Assembly: GCA_001509375.1 (NCBI GenBank) | Contig: LGFT01000007.1 | Location: 5,122 to 69,121, forward strand | Length of the DNA: 64,000 nt | Direction: 5' to 3' | Source of the DNA: Methanothrix harundinacea | GTDB lineage: Archaea; Halobacteriota; Methanosarcinia; Methanotrichales; Methanotrichaceae | Shown here: positions 18,636 through 28,741 of the stretch, piece after piece | How positions within the stretch are numbered: position 1 is the first letter of the stretch | How the letters are laid out: each line of letters opens with the position of its first letter | The notes under the pieces: generated by a model | Databases searched by the model: none | Told to the model about the DNA's origin: nothing | The model's input: only the letters and a program-made list of their open reading frames with translations | Program-made: the position numbers and the translations under genes

Positions 18636-19607
18636 ATGGATATCTTTACTCACGTAGCCATCCCCCTCCTCCTGGGAAGGTGGCTAAAACGGAGCGGCGA
18701 TGAGGTGGCGGCCCTGGCCATCGGGGGGCTCGCCCCCGACCTGGACATCTTCCTTCTGCCGATCAATGTGATCCATCCGAACTTCTTTCTTCTGGTCCAC
18801 CGGGGGATCTCTCACAGCCTCTTATTTGGATTTTTGGCCGCCCTTCTCGCCCTTCGTCTCTTTTGCGCGGCGCCCCTCCAGCCTCGAGTCTCGCAGCACC
18901 TCGGCCTTAATCCAAAGTTCACGAGAAGGGCGATCCTCTTCGCCTTCGCCGGCGTTCTGATCCACCTCGCCCTCGACGGCCTGACCACCCAGGGCGTTCC
19001 TCTCCTCTTCCCCTTCGACCCTGCACGGTGGTCTGCCGAGATATTCTTCTACACCGAGACCCCTCTTCTCCTTGCAAGCCTGGGGATTTTGATCTTCGAG
19101 GTCAAAATGCAAAAAATCGTCGATCATCGAAAGATGCTCCTTCTCCTTCTTCTGCTTTTGGCCATAACAGGATCCCTCAGGCTCGCCGAGAAGGTGAGGG
19201 CAGAGGGGGTCTTCGACGATGATGCGACGGCCTTTCCGGCCCCGAACCTCTTCGAGTGGACGGTCCTCACCGAGGAAGAGGGATGCTTTGGCGTCTACGG
19301 CTACCACGCTCTATCCGGAGAAGTCCTCTTCGATGGAAATTTTCCCAAAATGGATATTATTATCTCACAGAAAGAAAACTTCACTGAACATGGCCTGAAG
19401 GAGGCACTCGACCGAGCGGAAAATCTTCCCCAGGTAAAGACCTTCCGATGGAAGGCATATGACGTGGCGATCTCAGCGGCTTTCAGGGACGGAGGGTGGG
19501 ACCTGGTGTACATGGACCCGGTCATGGCCGCTCGGATGAAGGACCAGTCTTCGCCCCTGAAGGGCTTCTTCTCAGGCCTCGTCTTCCTCGACGTCAGGGT
19601 CGAGTAG
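18636..19607 (+). CDS. Membrane-bound metal-dependent hydrolase (DUF457/YdjM-like) with an extra C-terminal soluble domain
   Basis: A 323-aa ORF. It has MDIFTHVAIPLLLG, HRGISHSLLFG, LIHLALDGLT and several TM segments. Confidence 0.55.
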   Translation: MDIFTHVAIPLLLGRWLKRSGDEVAALAIGGLAPDLDIFLLPINVIHPNFFLLVHRGISHSLLFGFLAALLALRLFCAAPLQPRVSQHLGLNPKFTRRAILFAFAGVLIHLALDGLTTQGVPLLFPFDPARWSAEIFFYTETPLLLASLGILIFEVKMQKIVDHRKMLLLLLLLLAITGSLRLAEKVRAEGVFDDDATAFPAPNLFEWTVLTEEEGCFGVYGYHALSGEVLFDGNFPKMDIIISQKENFTEHGLKEALDRAENLPQVKTFRWKAYDVAISAAFRDGGWDLVYMDPVMAARMKDQSSPLKGFFSGLVFLDVRVE

Positions 19608-19697
19608 GAGAGGGCGAGGGTCAGAAGTGGGTTACCATCATCCAATCTAAAAATCCAAAAAGTTTATTAAATACTTCGACGGATTGTTGATGCGGAG

Positions 19698-19910
19698 GTG
19701 TTAAGATTGGCTAAGCTGGCTCCCATAGATCTGTTGGCCATAGTACTGGTGATAGTCGGCGGCCTCAACTGGGGGCTTTATGCCTTCGGGTACAATTTGG
19801 TGAGCATTCTTTTGGGATGGATGCCCATCCTCGAGAAAGCGGTCTACGTCATCGTGGCCCTGGCCGCGATCTACCTTGCGGCGATAACCACCAAGCTCTC
19901 CAAGCGTTGA
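19698..19910 (+). CDS. DUF378 small membrane protein
   Basis: A 70-aa ORF. The sequence IVLVIVGGLNWGLYAFGYNLV is the characteristic GGLNWG motif. Confidence 0.65.
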   Translation: MLRLAKLAPIDLLAIVLVIVGGLNWGLYAFGYNLVSILLGWMPILEKAVYVIVALAAIYLAAITTKLSKR

Positions 19911-20644
19911 CCGTGGCGGGCGCAAGTTTTGCGCCTCGCCCTTTTTAACGGCTGGTGCACCAGATAAATAATGAGGGAGTTTCTTCCCAGAATGCAGATC
20001 TGCTTTGCCGGGGTTCTGGCCGAGATGTCGGGAAGGGGAACTCTTCTCCTTCCCTCTGGATAGAGGACGGTTCCGAGGAATATCCCCACCATGACGACGC
20101 CAAACCAAGGGAGGAGGGGAAAGTAGTCGACGGAGCAGAAATGGCGGGGAACGAAGCCGAGCCACAGGAGCCAGGGCGAATCGAAGGTGAATTGGCGGAT
20201 CCAAAGCCCTGCAGATATCGCAGCCGATCCAAAAACGAGGTCGGCGAGGGGCCGTCTCAAGAACGGATACGAAAGGATTATGGATATGCCAATCAGGTGG
20301 AGGATGCCGAAGACGACAAACCCGTCCCCCAGAAGAAGGATCGTCGAGATGGTGATGGCCATCCCCCAGGAGAAGATTTTGGCCCCTCGGCGGAGGTGTC
20401 GGAGAAAGGAGTCCCCTCCCCGGACCCTGGCCCCAGCAGAGCTGATATTCAGGGATATCCCCACCAGTAGGAGAAATATCGTAGCTATAGCTTTTGCGAA
20501 AGAGGGCCAGATCCCGGAATGGACGTCGACCGGGCCCGAGAAGAAGTCCAGGTCGTATAAGGCATGAAAGGAGACCATCATGCCTACGGCGATGCCGCGA
20601 AGGAGATCCAACTCCCAGTATCGGCCAATTCGGGATTTACCCAA
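19871..20644 (-). CDS. DUF1624 / heparan-alpha-glucosaminide N-acetyltransferase-like membrane protein
   Basis: A 257-aa polytopic ORF. The N-terminal RYWELDLLRGIAVGMMVSFH is typical of the family. Its 3' end overlaps the convergent DUF378 gene by 40 nt. Confidence 0.6.
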   Translation of the reverse strand: MGKSRIGRYWELDLLRGIAVGMMVSFHALYDLDFFSGPVDVHSGIWPSFAKAIATIFLLLVGISLNISSAGARVRGGDSFLRHLRRGAKIFSWGMAITISTILLLGDGFVVFGILHLIGISIILSYPFLRRPLADLVFGSAAISAGLWIRQFTFDSPWLLWLGFVPRHFCSVDYFPLLPWFGVVMVGIFLGTVLYPEGRRRVPLPDISARTPAKQICILGRNSLIIYLVHQPLKRARRKTCARHGQRLESLVVIAAR

Positions 20645-20842
20645 AAAGATCGCCGCCGTGGCAACGGATCGATAGTTTTGAAATCAAGATTACCATCTCC
20701 ATTGTGCGCCATTGCCCGTCAGAGGCGTTCTCGGATATGTCACCGTTTTGCTGGCCCACTTCTATCCTTGACCGAATCTGAAAGCCTGAAGAAAAACAGC
20801 GCAATAGGGCAGAGGAATCGAAAAAGAGGGAAATGCCCACAT

Positions 20843-21295
20843 TCAGGGCATCTGATCAGGACCCGCCACAAACCAAGCGTCGTTTATCCCCTGTCCTCTG
20901 ACATCGCTGGGGTTGTAGTCGTTGATGTAGTAATAGAGGGGCCATCCTTTGTAAGTGGTCTGGATAGTGTCGTCCTCCCGATAGATGGTGTCAAAGTCGA
21001 AGGAGCTGAGCTCCAGGGGTATTATAACCTGGCCGGTGTGGAAAGGCGGCCAGTAGTGGGTGCAGGTCTCGCTGCAGCTGCTAGTTCCGCTCTCAGGCGC
21101 GTCTTCGGCGAAGTAGTATAGGGTCATTCCATCCTGGTCCACCAGGTACTTGCCGATGCCGTCTTTGGTGGCGAGATCGATGGTGTTGAGGGGAGCTGCC
21201 GCCCCGATGGCGACGATGGCCACTGATGCAATCGCCAGGGCCATTAGGGTTGTGATCTTCAATTTTATCACCGTGACATTATTCCTGTTGTTCAA
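20843..21295 (-). CDS. Secreted COG4315-type protein (Yx[FWY]xxD repeat lipoprotein family)
   Basis: A 150-aa ORF with a signal or anchor segment. Two repeats are present: GMTLYYFAED... and GWPLYYYINDYNPSDVRGQG. Confidence 0.6.
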   Translation of the reverse strand: MNNRNNVTVIKLKITTLMALAIASVAIVAIGAAAPLNTIDLATKDGIGKYLVDQDGMTLYYFAEDAPESGTSSCSETCTHYWPPFHTGQVIIPLELSSFDFDTIYREDDTIQTTYKGWPLYYYINDYNPSDVRGQGINDAWFVAGPDQMP

Positions 21296-21356
21296 CGTTT
21301 AAAGATTCCGAGAGGGGCAGACCCCCAGCTTTGCTGGAGACCGGATGGGCTCGATC

Positions 21357-21812
21357 TCAACCCTCCGACGGCCTGTAATCGGGGTTTTTCTCCGCCTCCA
21401 CCCCCTTGGGCGAGTCGAAATGCTCCTCATAAGGTTTGATGTCCAGGATGGGGCTTTCGTCCAAGGCATCGAGGCCGGTGACTGTGATCTTGTTTCCCTC
21501 GATGTTCAGGATCTCGACCACAGTAAGGCCGATGGGGTTTGGCCTCCTTGGAGTTCTGGTGGCAAATAGGCCCCTCTTCGGGATCGACTCGTCTCCCATG
21601 GGGTGGACCTGAAGGTCGTAGCCCAAGGCGCGGTGGATGTGGTAGATAACGAAGATATTGCGGAACTTTTCGAGCCCCACCAGGGCGCCCTGGTACTTCT
21701 CGTCGATCTCAAGGGTACATAGGGCGTTTCTCATGGTCTTTGGATCTGCCGGCTCACCGAAGTCGCAATGGACGACGCCTATGGGGGTGAATGTCGCAGG
21801 TTCGAGGTTCAT
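21357..21812 (-). CDS. trmO: TsaA/TrmO-family SAM-dependent tRNA methyltransferase
   Basis: A 151-aa ORF. Motifs are IGVVHCDF..., RTPRRPNPIGLTVVEILNIEGNKITVTGLDALDESPILDIKPY. Confidence 0.75.
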   Translation of the reverse strand: MNLEPATFTPIGVVHCDFGEPADPKTMRNALCTLEIDEKYQGALVGLEKFRNIFVIYHIHRALGYDLQVHPMGDESIPKRGLFATRTPRRPNPIGLTVVEILNIEGNKITVTGLDALDESPILDIKPYEEHFDSPKGVEAEKNPDYRPSEG

Positions 21813-22013
21813 ACTTTTGGAGGTAATGGCCCTCTTGTGATATCTTTCTTTCTCCGTCGTCGTGGGCGGTTCCTTCGAATTGGTTGTTTATGGTCCAGGG
21901 ATAGTATCAGACGCCATACTTCCGATCGAACCTGATAAAACTATATCGGAACGTACTAATACGATAGTTTTGAATGTAAATTCTGCAAGTCTTGAGGTCA
22001 GCGGAGGAGGTTC

Positions 22014-23993
22014 ATGATTCATGTTTTGATGGTGGACGACGACACCACGATTATGGAGCTCACCAAGACCTTCCTCGAAAAATCCGGCGATATAAAGATC
22101 GATTCCGTCTTGTCGGCGAAAGAAGCGATTGAAAGGCTTTTAACCGGAGCTTCGCGATATGACGTCATCATCTCCGACTATGCGATGCCGGAGATGGACG
22201 GGATAACCTTCCTGAAGGCGGTCAGAGACTGGGATCCTGAGATCCCCTTCGTCCTTTTTACAGGAAGGAGCCGGGAGGAGGTGGCCATTGAGGCCTTAAA
22301 CTGCGGTGCAGACTACTATCTTCAGAAAGACGGCGGCCCTGCTCTGATGTTTGCGCAGCTCTCCCACCACATCAAATTGGCGGCCGACCGTTGCAGGGCC
22401 AAAAAAGCTCTTCTGGCGAGCGAAGAGCGCTACCGTACCTTCGTTGAGAACTTTCCAGGCATAGCCTTCCGGAACATTCCCGGGTCCGTCCCCACCTTCG
22501 TTCACGGCCAGGTGGAAGCGATCACAGGGTATTCAGAAGAGGATTTTTATGAGGGGAGGGTCAGATGGAACCAGCTTATACATCCCGAAGACCTCCCCAA
22601 ATTCATTGAAATTAACGAGAGGCTGATGGCAGGTGCTGGAGGCACCGCCAAACAGATTTATCGAATTTTTCGAAAAGACGGAGAGACCCGCTGGGTTTTC
22701 GAGACGGGCCGGATTGTCTGCGACGGAAGGGGCCGTCCTTCAGAGGTGGAGGGGATCGTTCAGGACGTAACGGATCGGAGAAGGGCGAGGAGGCAGCTTC
22801 AGCTCCAGCGGGACATGTCCCTGAAGCTGTCAGAGACGGCTGTCCTTGCAGAGGCCATTAAGATCTGCGTCGATACCGCCATTGAGATATCGGAGATGGA
22901 TTGCGCCACCATCTACCTTCTGGACGAGAATTCGGGAAATCTTCGCCTAGCCCACTCCAAAGGTCTCAGCGAGGATTTTAGAAGCCTCATATCAAACCAG
23001 AAGCGGGACTCTAAAAGGACAAAAAAGGTGATGGAAGGAAGGCCCATCTACATCCGGGTCCAGGATTCAGACCTCCCCCTCCAGAAGGCAAGAGAGCGGG
23101 AGGGGATCCGGTCGATCGCCGTCGTTCCCATCCTTCACCAGGATCGGGTCATCGGATGCTACAGCATCGGATCCCACACCGTCGATAGGGTTCCCATCGC
23201 CAGCAGAACCGTCCTCAAGACGATCGCCTCCATGATAGGAAACGCCATCGCCCGGATACGGGCGATGGAGGAACTCGAGTCGAGGACGGCGGAGCTCGTG
23301 GCTAAGAACGCCGAGATGGAGAGTGTCATCTACACAGTCTCCCACGACCTCCGATCACCCCTCATGGCGATTAGGGGGTTTGCCGCCTGCCTCCGAGAGG
23401 ACGCCGAGAAGGGCGACCATCGGGGTATCGAGTCGGATCTGTCGCGGATTGAGGGAGTGGCGACGAAGATGGACCGGCTTCTGACCGACGCCCTGGAGCT
23501 CTCCCGGATAGGAAAGGTCGCAAAGCCGCCCGAGGAGGCATCCTTTGAAGAGATCGCCGCCGAGGCCCTGTACCAGATGGGGGAGGCGGTCAGGTCGCGA
23601 GGGATCAAGGTCACAGTGGCCGAGGGGATGCCCGCTGTCTTTGTCGACCGCATGAGGATGGTGGAGGCGATGATCAACCTGATCGATAACTCTGTGAAGC
23701 ACGCGGCCAAAGGCCCCTGTCCGAAGATCGATATCGGATTTCGGAGTGCCGATGGCGAGCCCACCTTCTTCGTCCGGGACAACGGCTCCGGGATTCCCAC
23801 CGACGAACAGGAGAAGGTATTCGGCCTCTTCTACAAGGTGGACAGAAATAGCGAAGGAACCGGGGCGGGCCTCGCCATCGTCAAGAGGATCATCGAGGTT
23901 CACGGCGGGAGGGTCTGGATAGAGTCAGAGCCGGGCCAGGGCTGCGCCGTTTGTTTCACCCTGCCCCAGGCCGGGGAAGAGGCGAGTTCTTAG
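22014..23993 (+). CDS. Hybrid response-regulator receiver / PAS / GAF / histidine kinase
   Basis: A 659-aa ORF. The REC domain has MVDDD...DVIISDYAMPEMDG...K. PAS (DVTDRRR boundary) and GAF-like segments follow. The H-box is YTVSHDLRSPL and the HATPase has NLIDNSVKH, RDNGSGI and GTGAGLA. Confidence 0.9.
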   Translation: MIHVLMVDDDTTIMELTKTFLEKSGDIKIDSVLSAKEAIERLLTGASRYDVIISDYAMPEMDGITFLKAVRDWDPEIPFVLFTGRSREEVAIEALNCGADYYLQKDGGPALMFAQLSHHIKLAADRCRAKKALLASEERYRTFVENFPGIAFRNIPGSVPTFVHGQVEAITGYSEEDFYEGRVRWNQLIHPEDLPKFIEINERLMAGAGGTAKQIYRIFRKDGETRWVFETGRIVCDGRGRPSEVEGIVQDVTDRRRARRQLQLQRDMSLKLSETAVLAEAIKICVDTAIEISEMDCATIYLLDENSGNLRLAHSKGLSEDFRSLISNQKRDSKRTKKVMEGRPIYIRVQDSDLPLQKAREREGIRSIAVVPILHQDRVIGCYSIGSHTVDRVPIASRTVLKTIASMIGNAIARIRAMEELESRTAELVAKNAEMESVIYTVSHDLRSPLMAIRGFAACLREDAEKGDHRGIESDLSRIEGVATKMDRLLTDALELSRIGKVAKPPEEASFEEIAAEALYQMGEAVRSRGIKVTVAEGMPAVFVDRMRMVEAMINLIDNSVKHAAKGPCPKIDIGFRSADGEPTFFVRDNGSGIPTDEQEKVFGLFYKVDRNSEGTGAGLAIVKRIIEVHGGRVWIESEPGQGCAVCFTLPQAGEEASS

Positions 23994-24028
23994 GCTGAGG
24001 AATATCTCCAATTTTTAAAGGCCAGTTT

Positions 24029-24472
24029 TCACGCTTCGGAGAAGACGCTCGGGGTGGCGGAGACATCGTAGAAGGTCCGGGAGAGCCGCTCGGGATAGAC
24101 GACGGTGAGCTTTGGGACCTGGGAGCCCAGCTGTTTTGAATCATAGAGGTAGTACCCGCTCCGATACTCGCCAGCCCCCTTCGATACGAGGACGGCCCTG
24201 GAAGGTCCGGTCTTCGCCACCGCCACGTTCTCGAAATCGGAGAATAGGGCCATCAGATCGGGCTCGATGTACTTAGTCCCCAGAGCCAGGACGTAGATCT
24301 TCGCGAAGGGGTCGAGGGCGAAGGAGACGGTGAAGACGGCGTCTCCTTCTTCGAGAGACATCGTCAACTCCTGGATTTTTATGTACTCTCTTCCCCGATC
24401 GGCAGAGCTCTGGGGGGCGAGGGCGAATGCCACCAGAAGAACGACCAGAAGAGCGATTCTCGCCGATCTCAA
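24029..24472 (-). CDS. Secreted hypothetical protein
   Basis: A 147-aa ORF with a clear signal peptide (MRSARIALLVVLLVAFALAPQSSA). It lies 7 nt downstream of the DUF2116 gene. I recognise no family. Confidence 0.5.
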   Translation of the reverse strand: MRSARIALLVVLLVAFALAPQSSADRGREYIKIQELTMSLEEGDAVFTVSFALDPFAKIYVLALGTKYIEPDLMALFSDFENVAVAKTGPSRAVLVSKGAGEYRSGYYLYDSKQLGSQVPKLTVVYPERLSRTFYDVSATPSVFSEA

Positions 24473-24479
24473 TATATCC

Positions 24480-24689
24480 TCAACCTTGGGGCGTCTTCAA
24501 GATCACGGGAACTATGAGCATGAGGATCAAAAGCCCTATAAATACCAAGAAGAAGAGCGTCTGGCGTCTCTGGGCGGATTTGTACTTAGACTCGCAGACC
24601 TCGTCGCAGAAGGTCTCCATCTCATCGATGGTTTTGCCGCAGACGATGCAATGCTTATGAGATGCCACTTTTGTCAACCCGATCACCAA
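24480..24689 (-). CDS. DUF2116 zinc-ribbon protein with C-terminal TM helix
   Basis: A 69-aa ORF. It has HCIVCGK...FCDEVC (CxxC...CxxxC) followed by a TM segment (LFFLVFIGLLILMLIVPVIL). Confidence 0.6.
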   Translation of the reverse strand: MVIGLTKVASHKHCIVCGKTIDEMETFCDEVCESKYKSAQRRQTLFFLVFIGLLILMLIVPVILKTPQG

Positions 24690-24749
24690 CGTCGGGTTAT
24701 GATGAGGACCGTAGATAAGATTTTTGCACGGCGTTTTGGGCGCATTTTA

Positions 24750-26564
24750 ATGGAAAGACGTATTATGGATCGAAGGCCTCTATGGCGAGGTGGACCTATG
24801 CTGAGATTGACCATAACCATCTTGATCGCTCTCTTTGCCTGCCTCCTCGTTGGAGCCGATGCCAGCAGGATGTACATCGTCGACGACGACGGCTTTGCCC
24901 AGTACCACTCCATAGGCGAAGCGGTGGCCATAGCCAACGATGGAGACACGATTTACATAAAGCCGGGAATCTACGAAGAGCACATCGTCCTGGACAAGAG
25001 CCTAACGCTGATGCCTCCGCGGGGTGAGGAGGGGGACGTCAACCTCGCCAGTGATGGAAGCGATATCGGGATAGAGGTTTTGGCGGACGGCTGCAAAATC
25101 GAGGGGCTCACCATCACCGACTTTGCGGGTCCCGGCATCTTCGTGGAGTCCAAAGGGAACGAGATAAGAAAGAACTCCTTCGCAGACAACGTCCACGGCA
25201 TCTTCCTGAACAACACTTCGGGCAACCTCCTCGAAATGAACCGGATGGAGGGCGGTTACTGCGGGATCGTCCTTCTCGCCTCTCGCGAGAACATCATAAG
25301 AAGTAACGTGGCTGATGGGTGCATCCTCGCAGGAGTTCTCCTCAATTCCTCATCGAAGAACGACATCGTAGGAAACGAGGCCAAGGGTTGCACCAGGGGA
25401 GTATACCTTATCACAAAGAGCCAGGAAAACCAGGTGAACGGATGCTCCATGGTCGACTGTGATTACGGAGTTCTCCTGGAAAAGTCTTCGCAGGCGAATG
25501 TGATTATAGGATGCGACTTTGAGAACTCCACCACCGCATTGGCTCTGAACGGCGTATCGAAGAGCCAGATCCAAAATAATTCAATTGCTAACTCGACTAA
25601 CGGAATCGTCCTATTCTCTTCAGCCGAGAACAGCGCCGTCGAAAATGAATTTGTGAGGGTCGATACAGGGATCATGATCTCGGAGAGCTCCGCGGGCAAC
25701 ATCTTCACCAATAACGAGATCGAAGAGTCCAGCTCCGGGATCGTGATCACCGACTCTCCGGCCAATAAATTCGAGGGAAACGTCCAGACAAAAGTCCGAT
25801 GGGGGCTTTACGTCGACGGCTCGACGGAAGAGAGCTTCGATAACCAGATATCTGAATCAAACCAGATAAATGGAAAGCCGATCCTCTACCTCTACGACCG
25901 ATCAAACGAGGAGATATCAGGCCGAGAATCCGGCCATATCACCCTCGCTTCCTGCGAAAAATGCGTCGTCGAGAACAGCTCCGTCACCAACGACGCCCTC
26001 TTCGTCTACAGCTCCCGGGGATGCAAGATCCAGGATAACGTCATCTCAGGCGGCTACGGGATGCGGCTGCAGGGCTCCGACGAGAACGAGATCGTGGGCA
26101 ACCTGGCTTGTGACAATAGGTTCAGCGGGATTCTCCTGCTCGAGTCCAACAGAAACCTCATCAGAAAAAACACCCTCTCCCAAAACGGGAGGGACGGCCT
26201 ATCCCTCGTCGAGTCGGACTCGAACATCGTCACCATGAACACCGCCGAGGCGAACCGGAACACGGGGATAAGGCTCCTATCTTCCAACGAGACTGAGATC
26301 ACAGAAAATTCGGTCATTGGAAACGGGGTCGGGATCGAACTCGGCGAGTCTTCGGGCTGCATCGTCTACAGGAACAACCTCATCGAGAACGCCGTTCAGG
26401 CGAGGGACGATGGCGAGAACCTCTGGGATTGGGGAGCTCTGAAGGGCGGAAACTACTGGTCCGATCATTCATGTCAGGGCAACCCCTGCCAGAGCATGCC
26501 GAGGGCTATCGGGAATTTGACCGCAGACTACTATCCCTTCAGAGATCGGGACGGATGGACCTAG
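24750..26564 (+). CDS. Secreted right-handed beta-helix (PbH1/NosD-like) repeat protein
   Basis: This is the 24330..26564 ORF trimmed to the ATG at 24750 (24798 is also possible), because the upstream part overlaps two minus-strand genes. It has a signal peptide and more than 15 ~23-aa repeats (N.I..N.....GI.L..S..N.I..N). Confidence 0.8.
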   Translation: MERRIMDRRPLWRGGPMLRLTITILIALFACLLVGADASRMYIVDDDGFAQYHSIGEAVAIANDGDTIYIKPGIYEEHIVLDKSLTLMPPRGEEGDVNLASDGSDIGIEVLADGCKIEGLTITDFAGPGIFVESKGNEIRKNSFADNVHGIFLNNTSGNLLEMNRMEGGYCGIVLLASRENIIRSNVADGCILAGVLLNSSSKNDIVGNEAKGCTRGVYLITKSQENQVNGCSMVDCDYGVLLEKSSQANVIIGCDFENSTTALALNGVSKSQIQNNSIANSTNGIVLFSSAENSAVENEFVRVDTGIMISESSAGNIFTNNEIEESSSGIVITDSPANKFEGNVQTKVRWGLYVDGSTEESFDNQISESNQINGKPILYLYDRSNEEISGRESGHITLASCEKCVVENSSVTNDALFVYSSRGCKIQDNVISGGYGMRLQGSDENEIVGNLACDNRFSGILLLESNRNLIRKNTLSQNGRDGLSLVESDSNIVTMNTAEANRNTGIRLLSSNETEITENSVIGNGVGIELGESSGCIVYRNNLIENAVQARDDGENLWDWGALKGGNYWSDHSCQGNPCQSMPRAIGNLTADYYPFRDRDGWT

Positions 26565-26607
26565 GGCCGAAATGTACTTGAAGGGGCCTATAGAATAAGA
26601 GGAACTC

Positions 26608-26781
26608 ATGGCGAAGAAGAAGTCTGAGGGCAGCGGACTGATGTCCTCTGCTGGCCTCATGAGATATTTCGAGGCGGATGATACGGCGATAAAGCTGGGC
26701 CCCAAGACTGTGATCGCTTTCAGCTCGGCGGTGGGGGCTGGGATCCTGGCGATGAACTTCTATTTCGGGCTTTGGCCCTGA
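26608..26781 (+). CDS. Preprotein translocase Sec61-beta (archaeal SecG) subunit
   Basis: A 57-aa ORF that is not in the supplied track. It translates to MAKKKSEGSGLMSSAGLMRYFEADDTAIKLGPKTVIAFSSAVGAGILAMNFYFGLWP. The SSAGLMRYF...I.P motif and tail-anchor TM are characteristic. Confidence 0.8.
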   Translation: MAKKKSEGSGLMSSAGLMRYFEADDTAIKLGPKTVIAFSSAVGAGILAMNFYFGLWP

Positions 26782-26887
26782 AAAGGGAACAAGCCCACCT
26801 TCCCCCCACCAGGTCCCCTTTTCAAGCTGTCATTTTCCCATCGTCATTTTCCCGGCTTTTCTGGCCAGTTTTTCGATCCTCATCTCC

Positions 26888-27799
26888 TCAAAGGCGCTTC
26901 TCCTCATCTTCCAGCTCCTCGAGGATCCTGTCTACGACCTTCTCGAAGCTCTCTTTCGCTACCGTCTCTTTCTCCACGAAGGCGACGCCGCTGTCTCCCA
27001 GGGGGGCGACCTCAGGATCCAGGGGCACAGCCCCTAGGAAGGGGACGCCCAGCTCCTCGGCAGCTCTCTTTCCCCCGCCAGTCTTGAAGATCTCCAGAAT
27101 CTCTCCGCAGTGAGGACACCTCAGGCCGCTCATGTTCTCGACGATTCCCAGAAGGGGTACCTTCATCGACCTCACCATGTTCACAGCCTTCCGGGAGTCG
27201 AGGAGGGCCACCTCCTGGGGCGTGGTGACGATTACCGCTCCTGAGAGATCCGGCAGAAGCTGGACGACGCTGAGAGGCTCATCGCTCGTCCCCGGCGGCA
27301 GGTCGATGATGAGGAAGTCCAAGGAGCCCCAGTTGACGTCGGAGAGGAACTGCTTTATCGCCGCCATCTTCATCGGCCCCCTCCAGACGACGGCGGAGTC
27401 TGTGCTCGAGAGGGCAAAGGCCATAGATATTACCTTCAGGCCCTTCGATTCGACGGGCTCTATTCCCGCCGGACCGCCCACGAGCCTCGACTTTTCGGCG
27501 CCGAGGAGCTTCGCGACGCTGGGGCCGGTGATGTCGGCATCCAGGACGCCAACCCTGTAGCCCCGAAACTGGAGGGCCCGGGCCAGGTTGACGGTGACGG
27601 TGCTCTTTCCCACGCCGCCCTTGCCGCTCGCGACCATTATCTTGTGCTTGACCTTCCCCATCCTCGTGGAGACGGCCCGAAGCTGATCTGCCATCTCCTT
27701 TCTCGGGTCTGTGCAGGTTCCCTTCGTTGCACAGGATTCGCAGTTGCTGTCGCATTCCTCCATATGAACACCATCGTGAAATTTTGAGAGTTTTAACAT
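26888..27799 (-). CDS. Mrp/NBP35/ApbC-family Fe-S cluster carrier ATPase
   Basis: A 303-aa ORF. It has a Cys-rich N-terminus, the deviant Walker A VASGKGGVGKST, and the CPHCG cluster-bridging motif. Confidence 0.85.
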   Translation of the reverse strand: MLKLSKFHDGVHMEECDSNCESCATKGTCTDPRKEMADQLRAVSTRMGKVKHKIMVASGKGGVGKSTVTVNLARALQFRGYRVGVLDADITGPSVAKLLGAEKSRLVGGPAGIEPVESKGLKVISMAFALSSTDSAVVWRGPMKMAAIKQFLSDVNWGSLDFLIIDLPPGTSDEPLSVVQLLPDLSGAVIVTTPQEVALLDSRKAVNMVRSMKVPLLGIVENMSGLRCPHCGEILEIFKTGGGKRAAEELGVPFLGAVPLDPEVAPLGDSGVAFVEKETVAKESFEKVVDRILEELEDEEKRL

Positions 27800-27844
27800 T
27801 ATCTTTGATTATCTTTGAGTCTGACTGGACCCTCGAAAGTTTCC

Positions 27845-28741
27845 TCATCCCTCTTTCGCCGTGAAGTAGAGATCATCGCCGTGCCGGAGCCTCGATATCT
27901 TATCCTCCCTCTCCAGGATCTCCAGGTACTTCAAGATCTCGTTTCGATGGAGGCCCGACAGGCTCCCCAGCTCCGCGAGGGTGCAGGGCCTTCGTTCTAG
28001 GAGGTCGATTATCAAGACCTCGGTCTTCTTCGAAAGGTCCCTTCCCCACTCGGCGATCACCTCAGCACCGGAGAATACATCGAGCATCCTCTCCATCTCT
28101 TCAGGAGACAATGGCTGGATGGGCTCGGCTGGGGGCCTCACCACGGTGTTGAGCTGGACCCTGTCGGGGCCGATCCTCTCGGCCGCCTCGGCGATGAGTT
28201 CCGCCTCGAAGTCATTTTTATCTTTGACCAGCATCACTTCGAGCCATATCTCCCCAGCGAACTCCTCTCGGAGCCGGGCGAGCCCCTCGATGATCTCGTT
28301 GATCAAGAGGTCCGGATGGGGCCTGTTCACCCCCTCGAAGGTGGCCTGGGTGGCGGCGTCCAGGGAGGGAACGATCAGGTCCGCCTCCATCACCTCCTCC
28401 CGGACCTCCTGGCGGGAGAAGAGGGTCCCGTTCGTAAGGACGACGACGGGCCTGTCGACCAAATCTTTCGCCCCCCGGATGATCTCGTCGAGGCCCTGAT
28501 GGAGGAGGGGCTCGCCGGATCCCGCCAGGGTGAGGTAGTCGAACTCGTCCTCCGACCTGGACCTGATCTCCGCCAGCACCTCCTCGGGGGAGACTCGCTT
28601 CTCCCTTTTGAGGGTGAGGCAGGTCGTCCTCCCCAGCTGACAATAGATGCAATCGAGGGTGCAGGTCTTGAAGGGGAGGAGGTCGACTCCCAGGGAAAGG
28701 CCGAGCCTGCGGGAGGGGACGGGTCCGAAGAGATATTTCAT
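27845..28741 (-). CDS. Radical SAM protein with C-terminal winged-helix-like domain
   Basis: A 298-aa ORF. It has GPVPSRRLGLSLGVDLLPFKTCTLDCIYCQLG (CxxxCxxC). The C-terminus (CTLAELGSLSGLHRNEILKYLEILEREDKI) looks like a wHTH. Confidence 0.7.
   Translation of the reverse strand: MKYLFGPVPSRRLGLSLGVDLLPFKTCTLDCIYCQLGRTTCLTLKREKRVSPEEVLAEIRSRSEDEFDYLTLAGSGEPLLHQGLDEIIRGAKDLVDRPVVVLTNGTLFSRQEVREEVMEADLIVPSLDAATQATFEGVNRPHPDLLINEIIEGLARLREEFAGEIWLEVMLVKDKNDFEAELIAEAAERIGPDRVQLNTVVRPPAEPIQPLSPEEMERMLDVFSGAEVIAEWGRDLSKKTEVLIIDLLERRPCTLAELGSLSGLHRNEILKYLEILEREDKISRLRHGDDLYFTAKEG

Noticed and set aside
24330-24749. 5' 140 codons of the listed 744-aa beta-helix ORF
   Set aside because: This stretch overlaps two credible minus-strand genes (the secreted protein and DUF2116) and lacks protein-like composition. 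A signal peptide follows the internal ATGs at 24750 and 24798.
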